This document shows, one piece after another, positions 8,552 to 17,513 of a DNA stretch of 64,000 bases. The translations under genes and the position numbers were made by a program. A model generated the notes under the pieces. It saw nothing but the letters and a program-made list of their open reading frames with translations, did not search any database and was not told the DNA's origin. The stretch spans positions 5,632,001-5,696,000 of the forward strand of contig OZ220744.1 in assembly GCA_965116925.1 (NCBI GenBank). Direction: 5' to 3'. Origin of the DNA: Candidatus Poribacteria bacterium. GTDB lineage: Bacteria > Poribacteria > WGA-4E > PCPOR2b. Each line of letters starts with the position of its first letter. The stretch's first letter is position 1.

Positions 8552-9925
8552 CTACCTACTCACACGATCGAACAGAACGACATAAATTCGCCACACCCCA
8601 TTCTCTTTTCGCATTTTAGCCTGCTGATATAGGCAGGTAAACATTGGCATTCTTTGGTCTGAAATACCCGGTAGCTCTAGTGCCGGCATTCTCAATCGGA
8701 AGTGAAATTCATCGCCCACATATTCGCTGCTTACAAGCGATGACTGCCCTCGTAGTTCCCGGAATGCCTCAACTAGCATTTGATGCTTAGTTTCGACGAC
8801 TTCGTCTGACATATTTATGGAATCCCCACCAACAAGATCATCATGGACGCTACGCCTATACTGCTCTGTCATTAACGATAGCATCACCTTAGAATCAGCA
8901 TCTCGCCACGCTTCTACGAAAGCATACATCACATCTTCAGCCGACTGACCTGTGTTTTCTGATGACGCGGATATGTTGGTAGTGAATTGCTCTACCTTTA
9001 GATCAAATTCCGTTTCTGTTGCGAACTGTGTCATATCTGTTTCGTCGGATTGATCGAAGAAATCATCAATAGACTCTGTTCCTGCTGTGGACGCAGCAGC
9101 AATCTGTGGCAGGTGGTTCCGGTTTTCTGTATCTTGAGTGGTGTCAGCTAGGAATCCTTCGGGGTTATTTCGTGGGCGTGTCGTTCCATCCTCCCACGGC
9201 GACAGATACACACGCTCCTCGACTGTGGGCGCATTCATCTGGCGTAGCCCAACGAAACCGATGAAAATGACTACAATCAACGCTGCGACCCCCACCGTTA
9301 TTTTGGGGACAGTTCCAACCTTCATAACGTTTAGACCTCCCGAATAAAGCTTTTTGAACGTCAGTCCGGGAGAAACGAAGATGCCTGTCAGAAGATAGCG
9401 CAACCGTTTGGAGAGTTGCCGCTTAATGCGAAAAAGGCGAAACGCAATTGCGTTATATGACAGGCCATGCGCCCTAGTCAGTTCGTCGTAGCTGGCACCC
9501 TCTAGATAGAATGCGCGGGCAATGTCCCTATCCTTTTGTGGAAGCGTCTCCATTGTCCGGCGAATCAGTTCCGTCTGTTCCTGTTGTACCAATTGGTCAT
9601 CAGGTAAGTCCTCTGTTTGAAGTATCCCCTCACTCACTTCATCAAGGGATACGGTCTCGTCCCTCTGTTTGCGGAGCCACTGTCGCACACAGTTCCGCGT
9701 AATCTCTGCCAACCAATTTTTGAATTTGGTTACATCTTCAAGTTGTCTTAACCCTCGATAAGCACTGAGGAAGGTATCTTGTACCACCTCTTCGACATCA
9801 TGGGGATTGTCTACAATTCTTATAACAATCGTATAGACAAAGGGGTAGTATTCCCGCATCAGGTCGGTGAAAGCCCCCTCATCTCCAGCTTGGGCACGAT
9901 AAATGAGCGTATTGTCATTAGCCAC
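8552..9925 (-). CDS. ECF sigma-TM-extracytoplasmic domain fusion, copy 3
   Basis: Paralog; GTG start. Confidence 0.88.
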   Translation of the reverse strand: MANDNTLIYRAQAGDEGAFTDLMREYYPFVYTIVIRIVDNPHDVEEVVQDTFLSAYRGLRQLEDVTKFKNWLAEITRNCVRQWLRKQRDETVSLDEVSEGILQTEDLPDDQLVQQEQTELIRRTMETLPQKDRDIARAFYLEGASYDELTRAHGLSYNAIAFRLFRIKRQLSKRLRYLLTGIFVSPGLTFKKLYSGGLNVMKVGTVPKITVGVAALIVVIFIGFVGLRQMNAPTVEERVYLSPWEDGTTRPRNNPEGFLADTTQDTENRNHLPQIAAASTAGTESIDDFFDQSDETDMTQFATETEFDLKVEQFTTNISASSENTGQSAEDVMYAFVEAWRDADSKVMLSLMTEQYRRSVHDDLVGGDSINMSDEVVETKHQMLVEAFRELRGQSSLVSSEYVGDEFHFRLRMPALELPGISDQRMPMFTCLYQQAKMRKENGVWRIYVVLFDRVSR

Positions 9926-9953
9926 GGATTGTCTGCTCCCTCAGCGTTTTATC

Positions 9954-9982
9954 AAGATATAGTCCTGAGACTTTCCTAGCAC
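9954..9982 (-). promoter_or_regulatory. Putative ECF promoter GTGCTA-N16-ATATCTT
   Basis: Conserved motif upstream of sigma copy 3. Confidence 0.6.
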
Positions 9983-10022
9983 TTTACCTAAACACCTCAT
10001 CAGATTGAGAAGTTCGTCCGGC

Positions 10023-10051
10023 ATTATATCAACCCGTCCAATCCGCGTCAA
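10023..10051 (-). promoter_or_regulatory. sigma70-type promoter for sigma copy 3
   Basis: TTGACG-N17-TATAAT. Confidence 0.75.
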
Positions 10052-10089
10052 GCAGATTGCGGATTGCTATCTTTGCTGAATAAAGGCAG

Positions 10090-11013
10090 TTATTGGTTGA
10101 CCTGTTTGAGCTGTCCCCACATTGTAAACTTTTTGCCGGAGGGAGAAACCGAAAAAGGAGAGTTAAACCATGCAGGATTAGCGTCACCATGCGGATTATT
10201 GGTGAGGTTTTGAGGATTCCCGCCATCGGCATCCATCGCGTAGATTTCAGTATTTTCAATGTCCGCCTCCCTATTAGACCAGAAGACAATGCGCTTGCCG
10301 TCAGGGGACCATGAGGGGTCCTCATCAAAAACGCGATTTTCAGTGAGTCTTTGTTCATTCTGCCCATCAGCATCCATCACGTAGATTTCATAAGTGATTC
10401 CATCCTCGCCTATAAAGTGCCCAGGCCTGCGAGCCCTGAAGACAATCCGTTCACCATCGGGGGACCATGAGGGATCTTTGTCCTCAGTGAGATTTTTAGT
10501 GAGTCTTTGTTGATTCTTCCCATCGGCGTCCATCACATAGATCTCAACATTATGAGCAGCCTCACCCTTACCCATATCCCTATCAGACGAAAAGACAATG
10601 CGTTTGCCGTCGGGGGACCACGAGGGGGTTCTATCATCAGAAGGATTGTTAGTGAGGTTTTGAGGATTGCCTCCATCGTCGTCCATCACGTAGATTTCAG
10701 CAGTGAGCCAACCGTTAGCGTCAACGTGCCCATCCCTATCAGACACGAAGGCAATGCGTTTACCGTCGGGAGACCATGACGGTGAATAGTCACTACTGGG
10801 ATTATTGGTGAGTCTTTGTTGATTCTCCCCATCGTCGTCCATCACGTAGATTTCAGGAGCGGGTATCTCGGGTATATCCTTTCGAAAGTGCCCATCCCTC
10901 TGAGACGCGAAGGCAATCTGTGCCTGTACCTCAACACATACCATCAGCGATGTCAGCACCAAGACTACTACGCCAGCTAAAATCAAATGGGTGAGATTGT
11001 ATCTCCGTTGCAT
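10090..11013 (-). CDS. Secreted PD40/TolB-like beta-propeller protein
   Basis: Signal peptide; four PSWSPDG repeats; EIYVMDADG; tail FSVSPSGKKFTMWGQLK. Confidence 0.88.
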   Translation of the reverse strand: MQRRYNLTHLILAGVVVLVLTSLMVCVEVQAQIAFASQRDGHFRKDIPEIPAPEIYVMDDDGENQQRLTNNPSSDYSPSWSPDGKRIAFVSDRDGHVDANGWLTAEIYVMDDDGGNPQNLTNNPSDDRTPSWSPDGKRIVFSSDRDMGKGEAAHNVEIYVMDADGKNQQRLTKNLTEDKDPSWSPDGERIVFRARRPGHFIGEDGITYEIYVMDADGQNEQRLTENRVFDEDPSWSPDGKRIVFWSNREADIENTEIYAMDADGGNPQNLTNNPHGDANPAWFNSPFSVSPSGKKFTMWGQLKQVNQ

Positions 11014-11080
11014 CTGTTATTCCTCCTCTGTTTCCAAATCAGTTTCTTATCCTTGAACACCGTTCTCTCAATAATTGTAG

Positions 11081-12046
11081 TTATCGATCAATCCGCTTAA
11101 GCTGTCCCCACATTGTAAACTTTTTGCCAGCGGGAGCAACTGAAAGAACAGGGTTAAGCCACGCAGGATCTTCGTCATCGTCGGGATGATTGGTGAGGTT
11201 TAGCACATTCCCCCCATCGGCATCCATCACAAAGATGTCCCGATTCAAATCCCTCGTCCTATTCGATACGAAGGCAATCCGTTTGCTGTCAGGAGACCAG
11301 GAGGGATTCCAGTCGTTATCAGGATGGTGCGTGAGGTTTCGCTGATTATGCCCATCCGCGTCCATCACATAGATTTCCCGGTTTCCCAATTTTCTCAAGG
11401 AAGTAAAAACAATGCGCTTACCGTCGGGGGACCATGAGGGGTCCTCGTCAGTACGGTCATTCCTAGTGAGATTTTGCTGCTTGACTCCATCGGCACCCAT
11501 CACATAGATGTCTTGGTTCCCTCCCCTAATGGAAACAAAGACAATGTGTTTGCTGTCAGGAGACCAAGAGGGATTATCGTCACGCCAGGCATTTTTGGTG
11601 AGTCTTTGTTGGTTACCACCATCGGCATCCATCACGTAGATTTCACTGGCCCCATCCCTACCAGACGTGAAGACAATGCGTTTGCTGTCAGGAGACCAAG
11701 AGGGATCCCAGTCATCAAAGTCATTGTTAGAGAGATTTCGCTGATTGCCCCCATCGGCGTCCATCATGTAGATTTGCCGGTGCCCACCTATATCATTCTT
11801 ATCAGAGCTAAAGGCAATCCGTTTGCCGTCCGGAGACCATGAGGGATACTTATCATCACCGGGATTGTTAGAGAGGTTTTGCTGATTACCTCCATCGTTG
11901 TCCATCACGTAGATTTCCCAGTGCCAATTCCTATCAGATTCAAAGGCAATCCGTGCCTGCACATCAACGCATACTATCAGTGGTGTCAGACCCAAGGCTA
12001 TAACGCTAGCTAAAATCAAATGTGCAAGAGTGTATCTCCGTTGCAT
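11081..12046 (-). CDS. Secreted PD40/TolB-like beta-propeller protein
   Basis: Five WSPD repeats; tail LSVAPAGKKFTMWGQLK. Confidence 0.88.
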   Translation of the reverse strand: MQRRYTLAHLILASVIALGLTPLIVCVDVQARIAFESDRNWHWEIYVMDNDGGNQQNLSNNPGDDKYPSWSPDGKRIAFSSDKNDIGGHRQIYMMDADGGNQRNLSNNDFDDWDPSWSPDSKRIVFTSGRDGASEIYVMDADGGNQQRLTKNAWRDDNPSWSPDSKHIVFVSIRGGNQDIYVMGADGVKQQNLTRNDRTDEDPSWSPDGKRIVFTSLRKLGNREIYVMDADGHNQRNLTHHPDNDWNPSWSPDSKRIAFVSNRTRDLNRDIFVMDADGGNVLNLTNHPDDDEDPAWLNPVLSVAPAGKKFTMWGQLKRIDR

Positions 12047-12071
12047 CTGCCTTTCCTCCTCTGACTTTATT

Positions 12072-12101
12072 AAGATACAACTCCGAGATTTTTTTTAGCA
12101 C
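12072..12101 (-). promoter_or_regulatory. Putative ECF promoter GTGCTA-N17-GTATCTT
   Basis: Directly upstream of the PD40 gene starting at 12046. Confidence 0.7.
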
Positions 12102-12203
12102 TTTTTTGCTTTCAATCAAAAAAATACGACTATCTACTAAGTTCTCTTCAAATTTATCCTACCCTCAGAGATACTTTACCTATTTTTTAGCGGAGCAACT
12201 AAT

Positions 12204-12234
12204 AAAAAAAGGCGAATGGAAGAACCATTCGCCT
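12204..12234 (-). terminator. Array terminator copy 4
   Basis: AGGCGAATGG...CCATTCGCCT + T-run. Confidence 0.85.
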
Positions 12235-12269
12235 CGTGAAGTTCTGAAAATAGGTTTGCGAGTAGCGAC

Positions 12270-13664
12270 CTACCTGCTCATACGATCGTACACAGTGTCA
12301 TAAATTCGCCACATCCCATTCTCTTTTTCCATCTTAACCTGGTGATATGAGATGCGGATAGCTATTGGCATTATATGATCTGAAACACCCTGTAGCTCTG
12401 AATCCGGTATTCTCAATCGGAAGTGAAATTCGTCACCGGCATATTCGCTGCTTATAAGTACTGCCTGCTTATGTAGTTCGCGGATTGTCTCCTCCAAGAT
12501 TTGAAGCCCAGTTTGGACGACCTCATCATGTTCATGTGCTTCATCTGGCGTGGGGGCCCTATTAGCAGGATTGTTGTGGATGCTACGCCTATACTGCTCT
12601 GTCCTTAACGAATCTATCATCTTATAATCGTAGTTCCTATACGCCTCTAAGTAAGCATACATCACATCTTCCGCGGACTGACCTGCGCTTTCTGATGACA
12701 CAGATGTGTCAATAGCGAAGTCTTGCTCTATGTCTAGCTCAAATTCCGTTTCTGTTGCGAATTGTGTCGTATCTGTTTCGTCGGGCAGATCGAAAAAATC
12801 ATCAATCAACTCTGTTCCTACTGTGTACGTTGTCGTAGCAATTTGTGGCAGATTGTTCCAGTTTTCTGTATCCTGAGTGACGTCGGTTGAGAGCCCTTCG
12901 GGGGTATATCGTGGGCGTACCGTTCCATCCTCCCACGGTGACAGATACACACGCTCCTCGACTATAGGCGCGTTCATCTGGCGCAGTCCAATGAAACCGA
13001 TGAAAATCAGCGCAATCAACCCTATCGCTCCAACCGTCATTTTGGAGGGAGTTCCAACTTTCATGGCGGTTAGACCGCCCGAATAAAGCTTTTTCAACGT
13101 CAGTCCGGGAGAAACGAACACACCTGTCAGAAGGTATTGCAACCGTTTGGAGAGTTGCCGCTTGATGCGGAAAAGCCGAAACGCAATGGCGTTATATGAC
13201 AGTCCATGCGTGCTTGTCAATTCGTCGTAACTTGCACCCTCCAGATAGAAGGCGCGGGCAATGTCCCTGTCCTTTTGCGGAAGCATCTCCATGGTCCGGC
13301 GAATCAACTCCCTCTGCTCCTGTCGTGCCAATCGCTCATCAGGAGAATCCTCCGTTTGCAGCACACCTTCGCCCACTTCATCAAGGGATACGGTCTTGCC
13401 CCTCTGTTTTCGGAGCCACTGTCGCGCACAATTCCGCGCAATCTCTGCCAACCAGCTTTTGAACTTCACTGTATCCTCAAGCTGTGTCAACCCTTGATAG
13501 GCGCTGAGGAAGGTGTCTTGTACCACCTCTTCGACATCATGGGGATTGTCCACAATTCTTATAACAATCGTATAGACAAAAGGGTAGTATTCCCGCATCA
13601 GGTCGGTGAAAGCCCTCTCATCTCCAGCTTGGGCGCGATAAATGAGCGTACTGTTATTAGCCAT
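12270..13664 (-). CDS. ECF sigma-TM-extracytoplasmic domain fusion, copy 4
   Basis: Paralog. Confidence 0.88.
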   Translation of the reverse strand: MANNSTLIYRAQAGDERAFTDLMREYYPFVYTIVIRIVDNPHDVEEVVQDTFLSAYQGLTQLEDTVKFKSWLAEIARNCARQWLRKQRGKTVSLDEVGEGVLQTEDSPDERLARQEQRELIRRTMEMLPQKDRDIARAFYLEGASYDELTSTHGLSYNAIAFRLFRIKRQLSKRLQYLLTGVFVSPGLTLKKLYSGGLTAMKVGTPSKMTVGAIGLIALIFIGFIGLRQMNAPIVEERVYLSPWEDGTVRPRYTPEGLSTDVTQDTENWNNLPQIATTTYTVGTELIDDFFDLPDETDTTQFATETEFELDIEQDFAIDTSVSSESAGQSAEDVMYAYLEAYRNYDYKMIDSLRTEQYRRSIHNNPANRAPTPDEAHEHDEVVQTGLQILEETIRELHKQAVLISSEYAGDEFHFRLRIPDSELQGVSDHIMPIAIRISYHQVKMEKENGMWRIYDTVYDRMSR

Positions 13665-13693
13665 AGATCCTCGTTCCCCCTCAGCATTTTATC

Positions 13694-13722
13694 AAGATAC
13701 AGTCCTGAAGTTTTTCTGACAC
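13694..13722 (-). promoter_or_regulatory. Putative ECF promoter variant GTGTCA-N16-GTATCTT
   Basis: Conserved position upstream of sigma copy 4. Confidence 0.55.
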
Positions 13723-13762
13723 TTTATGTGAACATCTCATCGGATTGAGAGGTTCGTCCGGA

Positions 13763-13792
13763 ATTATATCAACCCGTCCAAATCCACGTCAA
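13763..13792 (-). promoter_or_regulatory. sigma70-type promoter for sigma copy 4
   Basis: TTGACG-N18-TATAAT. Confidence 0.7.
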
Positions 13793-13870
13793 GCATATTG
13801 CGGATTGCTATCTGTGCTGAATAGTTCAGTGAAAGGAAACGGCAAATACCGTTCCCTCAATAAAGGCAGT

Positions 13871-13961
13871 GGCTCATGTTAAGAAATAGTGCAAAGAAAC
13901 CGAGTTTTCAAGAAAAAACTCGGTTTCTATTCGCATTTTACACTTTCTTTTGATATGAACC
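13871..13961. mobile_element. MITE-like element (GGCTCATG TIR family, 91 bp)
   Basis: 8-bp TSD AAGGCAGT (13863-13870 / 13962-13969); the empty site is visible in the paralogous unit at ~10083-10090. Confidence 0.85.
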
Positions 13962-13968
13962 AAGGCAG

Positions 13969-14988
13969 TTATCGGTCGAGTTGTTTGAGTTGTCCCCACA
14001 TCGCGAATTGTTTGCCTGCGGGAGAAACCGAAAAAGGAGAGTTCAACCACGCAGGACTAGCGTCACTATTGGTATGATTGGTGAGGTTCTGTTGATTACC
14101 CCCATCGGCGTCCATCACGTAGATTTCAGCGTTTCCATCCCTATTAGAATAGAAAGCAATGCGCTTGCTGTCGGGTGACCATGAGGGAGACCCATCCCAA
14201 GCGCGATGATTGGTGAGTTTTTGTTCATTGCCCCCATCAGCATCCATTACATAGATGTCAAATTTTACAAGGTCCCCCCTCCTATCAGATTGGAACGCAA
14301 TGCGTTTACCGTCGGGTGACCATGAGGGATTCCGGTCATGATTGCGATTTTCAGTGAGTCTTTGTTCATTGCCCCCATCGGCGTCCATCACGTAGATTTC
14401 AGAAGTGATGTTTAAGTTGTTTTTAAAGTGCCCATCCCTAACGGCACTGAAGACAATGCGTTTACCATCCGGAGACCATGAGGGATGCCTGTCCTCATCG
14501 CGATTTTCGGTAAGTCGTTGTTCATTGCCCCCATCGGCGTCCATCACGTAGATTTCATAGTCATGAGGATTATCCCAATCCCTATTAGTCGAGAAGGCAA
14601 TTCGTGTGCCATCCGGTGACCATGAGGGAGAGCTGTCATGAAAAGGATTGTTAGTGAGATTTTGAGGATTGCCCCCATCGGCGTCCATCACGTAGATTTC
14701 AGAAGTGTGCCAACCACGTTTAGCGTGAACGTGCCCATCCCTATTAGACACGAAGGCAATCCGTTTGCCGTCCGGTGACCATGAGGGCCTCCAGTCTCCA
14801 TCGGGATGATTGGTGAGGTTTCGCTGATTATCCCCATCGGTGTCCATCACGTAGATTTCCCCGTTCCCATCCCTCTGAGACACGAAGAGAATCTGTGCCT
14901 GTGCATCAATGCATACCATCAGCGGCATTATACCCAAGACTACAACGCTAGCTAAAATGAAATGTGCGAGATTGTATCTCCGTTGCAT
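13969..14988 (-). CDS. Secreted PD40/TolB-like beta-propeller protein
   Basis: Five WSPD repeats; tail FSVSPAGKQFAMWGQLK. Confidence 0.88.
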   Translation of the reverse strand: MQRRYNLAHFILASVVVLGIMPLMVCIDAQAQILFVSQRDGNGEIYVMDTDGDNQRNLTNHPDGDWRPSWSPDGKRIAFVSNRDGHVHAKRGWHTSEIYVMDADGGNPQNLTNNPFHDSSPSWSPDGTRIAFSTNRDWDNPHDYEIYVMDADGGNEQRLTENRDEDRHPSWSPDGKRIVFSAVRDGHFKNNLNITSEIYVMDADGGNEQRLTENRNHDRNPSWSPDGKRIAFQSDRRGDLVKFDIYVMDADGGNEQKLTNHRAWDGSPSWSPDSKRIAFYSNRDGNAEIYVMDADGGNQQNLTNHTNSDASPAWLNSPFSVSPAGKQFAMWGQLKQLDR

Positions 14989-15017
14989 CTGTTATTCCTC
15001 CTCTGTTCTCGAAGCAG

Positions 15018-15983
15018 TTATCGGTCAACCTGTTTGAGCCAACCCCACATTGTAAACTTTTTGCCGGCGGGAGAAACCGAAAAAGGAGAGTGAAACCATG
15101 CAGCAGCAGTGTCATCATCGGGATGATTGGTCAGGTTTTGAGGATTACTTCCATCAGCGTTTATCACGAAGATTTCAGGGTTCCCATCCGCCTCCCTATC
15201 AGAGGTAAAGGCAATCCGTTTACCGTCAGGGGACCAGGAGGGATCCCAATCCTTAAAGGGATTCTGAGTCAGTCTTCGCTGATTGTCTCCATCGGCGTCC
15301 ATCACATAGATGTCCCGGTTTCCCCCATCCCTCAAGGAAGTAAAAGCAATGCGCTTACCGTCAGGGGACCAGGAGGGATCCTCGTCACTACGGTTACTAT
15401 TGGTGAGGTTTCGCCGATTGCCACCATCGGCGTCCATCACGAAGATATCAAAGTCCCCAGCCCCAATGGAAATAAAGACAATGCGTTTACCGTCGGGAGA
15501 CCATGAGGGGTTCAGATCAGGAAAGGGATTGTTAGAGAGGTTTTTAGGGTTGCCCCCATCAGTGTCCATCACGTAGATTTCACCGGCTCTATCCCTGTCA
15601 GACACGAAGGCAATCCGTTTACTGTCCGGAGACCATGAGGGGGCCCATTCATCAAAATCATTGTTAGAAAGGTTTTGCTGATTATCCCCATTGTCATCCA
15701 TCACGTAGATTTGTCGATTCCCACCCCTATCATCCCTATCAGAGGTAAAGGCAATCCATTGACCGTCAGGGGACCATGAAGGGTCCATATCCTCACCAGG
15801 ATTGTTAGAAAGATTTCGCGGATTGCCCCCATCGTTGTCCATTACGTAGATTTCCCAGTGCCAATCCCTATCAGACATGAAGGCAATCCGTGCCTGTGCG
15901 TCAACGTCTATCATCATCAGCGTTAAACCCAACACTATAACGACAACTAAAATGAAATGTGCGAGATTGTATCTTTGGTGCAT
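15018..15983 (-). CDS. Secreted PD40/TolB-like beta-propeller protein
   Basis: WSPD repeats; tail FSVSPAGKKFTMWGWLK. Confidence 0.88.
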   Translation of the reverse strand: MHQRYNLAHFILVVVIVLGLTLMMIDVDAQARIAFMSDRDWHWEIYVMDNDGGNPRNLSNNPGEDMDPSWSPDGQWIAFTSDRDDRGGNRQIYVMDDNGDNQQNLSNNDFDEWAPSWSPDSKRIAFVSDRDRAGEIYVMDTDGGNPKNLSNNPFPDLNPSWSPDGKRIVFISIGAGDFDIFVMDADGGNRRNLTNSNRSDEDPSWSPDGKRIAFTSLRDGGNRDIYVMDADGDNQRRLTQNPFKDWDPSWSPDGKRIAFTSDREADGNPEIFVINADGSNPQNLTNHPDDDTAAAWFHSPFSVSPAGKKFTMWGWLKQVDR

Positions 15984-16039
15984 GGGCTATGCCTCCTCTG
16001 TTTTCAAAGCGATTTCTTATCCTTCAATAATGGCAGCTA

Positions 16040-17029
16040 TCAGTCGATCTGTTTGAGCCACCCCCACATCATGAGTTTTCTACCTGTAGGATTAACCGCA
16101 AAAGGAGCAACTTCAACTGCAAAAGCAGGGTCAAACCACGCAGGATCCGCGTCTCCATTGTGATTTTTAGTGCGTCTGCGTATCTGGCGGGCGCCATCGG
16201 CATCCATCACATAGATATCGAAGTTCCCAACCCCCTCAGACGCGAAGGTAATCCGTCTACCATCGGGAGACCATGAAGGATACCTGTCGTCAAAATCATT
16301 GTTAGAGAGGTTTCGCAGATTCCCCCCATCAGCGTCTATCACGTAGATATCATGGTTTTTCCAAGCCCCCGACACAAAAGCAATGCGTCTACCATCGGGG
16401 GACCATGAGGGATCCCAATCATCGAAGTCATTGTTGGTAAGTATTCGTTGATTCCCCCCATCGATGTCCATCACGTGGATATCACTGTCCCAACCATCCT
16501 TCCCCCTAAAGGAAACAAAGGCGATGCGTTTACCATCTGGAGACCATGAGGGATCCCTGCCCATCTGCTCATCTTGACTGAGTCTTCGCAGATTCCTCCC
16601 ATTGGGGTCTATCACATAGATGTTCGTGTGCTCATTCACAGTAGCAGTAAAGGCAATCCGTTTACCGTCAGGAGACCATGAAGGATTCCATTCAGGAAAG
16701 GGATTTTTAGTGAGTCTTCGCAGATTCCCCCCATCGGCATCCATCACGTAGATTTGTGGGTGCTGATCCACAATCCTATCCTCGCTAGCAGTAAAGGCAA
16801 TCCGTTTACCGTCGGGTGACCATGAGGGTTCCCATTCATCCAAGGGGTTGTGAGTGAGTCTTCGCAGATTCTTCCCATCGGTGTCCATCACGTAGATTTC
16901 CCAGTTCCCATCCCTATGAGACGAGAAAACGATCTGTGCCCGTGGGACAGCATCTACCATCGGTGGTGTTAGACCCAAGACTACAACGATAGACAAAATC
17001 AAATGTGCGAGATTGTATCTTTGGTGCAT
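16040..17029 (-). CDS. Secreted PD40/TolB-like beta-propeller protein
   Basis: WSPD repeats; tail FAVNPTGRKLMMWGWLK. Confidence 0.88.
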   Translation of the reverse strand: MHQRYNLAHLILSIVVVLGLTPPMVDAVPRAQIVFSSHRDGNWEIYVMDTDGKNLRRLTHNPLDEWEPSWSPDGKRIAFTASEDRIVDQHPQIYVMDADGGNLRRLTKNPFPEWNPSWSPDGKRIAFTATVNEHTNIYVIDPNGRNLRRLSQDEQMGRDPSWSPDGKRIAFVSFRGKDGWDSDIHVMDIDGGNQRILTNNDFDDWDPSWSPDGRRIAFVSGAWKNHDIYVIDADGGNLRNLSNNDFDDRYPSWSPDGRRITFASEGVGNFDIYVMDADGARQIRRRTKNHNGDADPAWFDPAFAVEVAPFAVNPTGRKLMMWGWLKQID

Positions 17030-17293
17030 ACGCTATGCCTCCTCTGTTTTCAAGTCGGTTTCTTATCCTTTGGGTTTGATAGAGGTCAGATTGGGTTGGC
17101 AAGCCCTTTACAATTAAGGTGAGAGGTTGCACAAATAAAGTTGACATCATCAGTCAAAGGGCGGTTCTTATTGTTCACGCAAGTTGCTCGTTGCTGAAAA
17201 TCCCTCGGTTCGCTAATGAACGATTTCCTCTTTATCCTCAATGAATCCCTGACAGCATATCGGTTGATTGACATCTTAACCCCAGGTTTTGTT

Positions 17294-17323
17294 AAGATGC
17301 AATTCTGAGATTTTTTTTAGCAC
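17294..17323 (-). promoter_or_regulatory. Putative ECF promoter GTGCTA-N17-GCATCTT
   Basis: Conserved motif after terminator copy 5. Confidence 0.65.
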
Positions 17324-17427
17324 TTTTTTTGTTTTTAAGGGAAAAAATATGGCTTCCTGTCGAAACACTCTCTAAATCCACGCTATCCTTAGCGGTATTT
17401 TGCTTTTTCCTTCGTGGAGCAAGCAAT

Positions 17428-17458
17428 AAAAAAGGCGAATGGTATGAACCATTCGCCT
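17428..17458 (-). terminator. Array terminator copy 5
   Basis: AGGCGAATGG...CCATTCGCCT + T-run. Confidence 0.85.
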
Positions 17459-17513
17459 AATGAATTCTTGAAAGTAGGATTGCAAGCTAGTCTAACATCT
17501 CACCCTCATACAT

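Noticed and set aside
17030..17290. ~260-nt leader (and 62-aa ORF 17086..17274) upstream of the propeller at 17029
   Set aside because: Partly similar to 21700-21790, but no recognisable riboswitch, RBS or protein motif.
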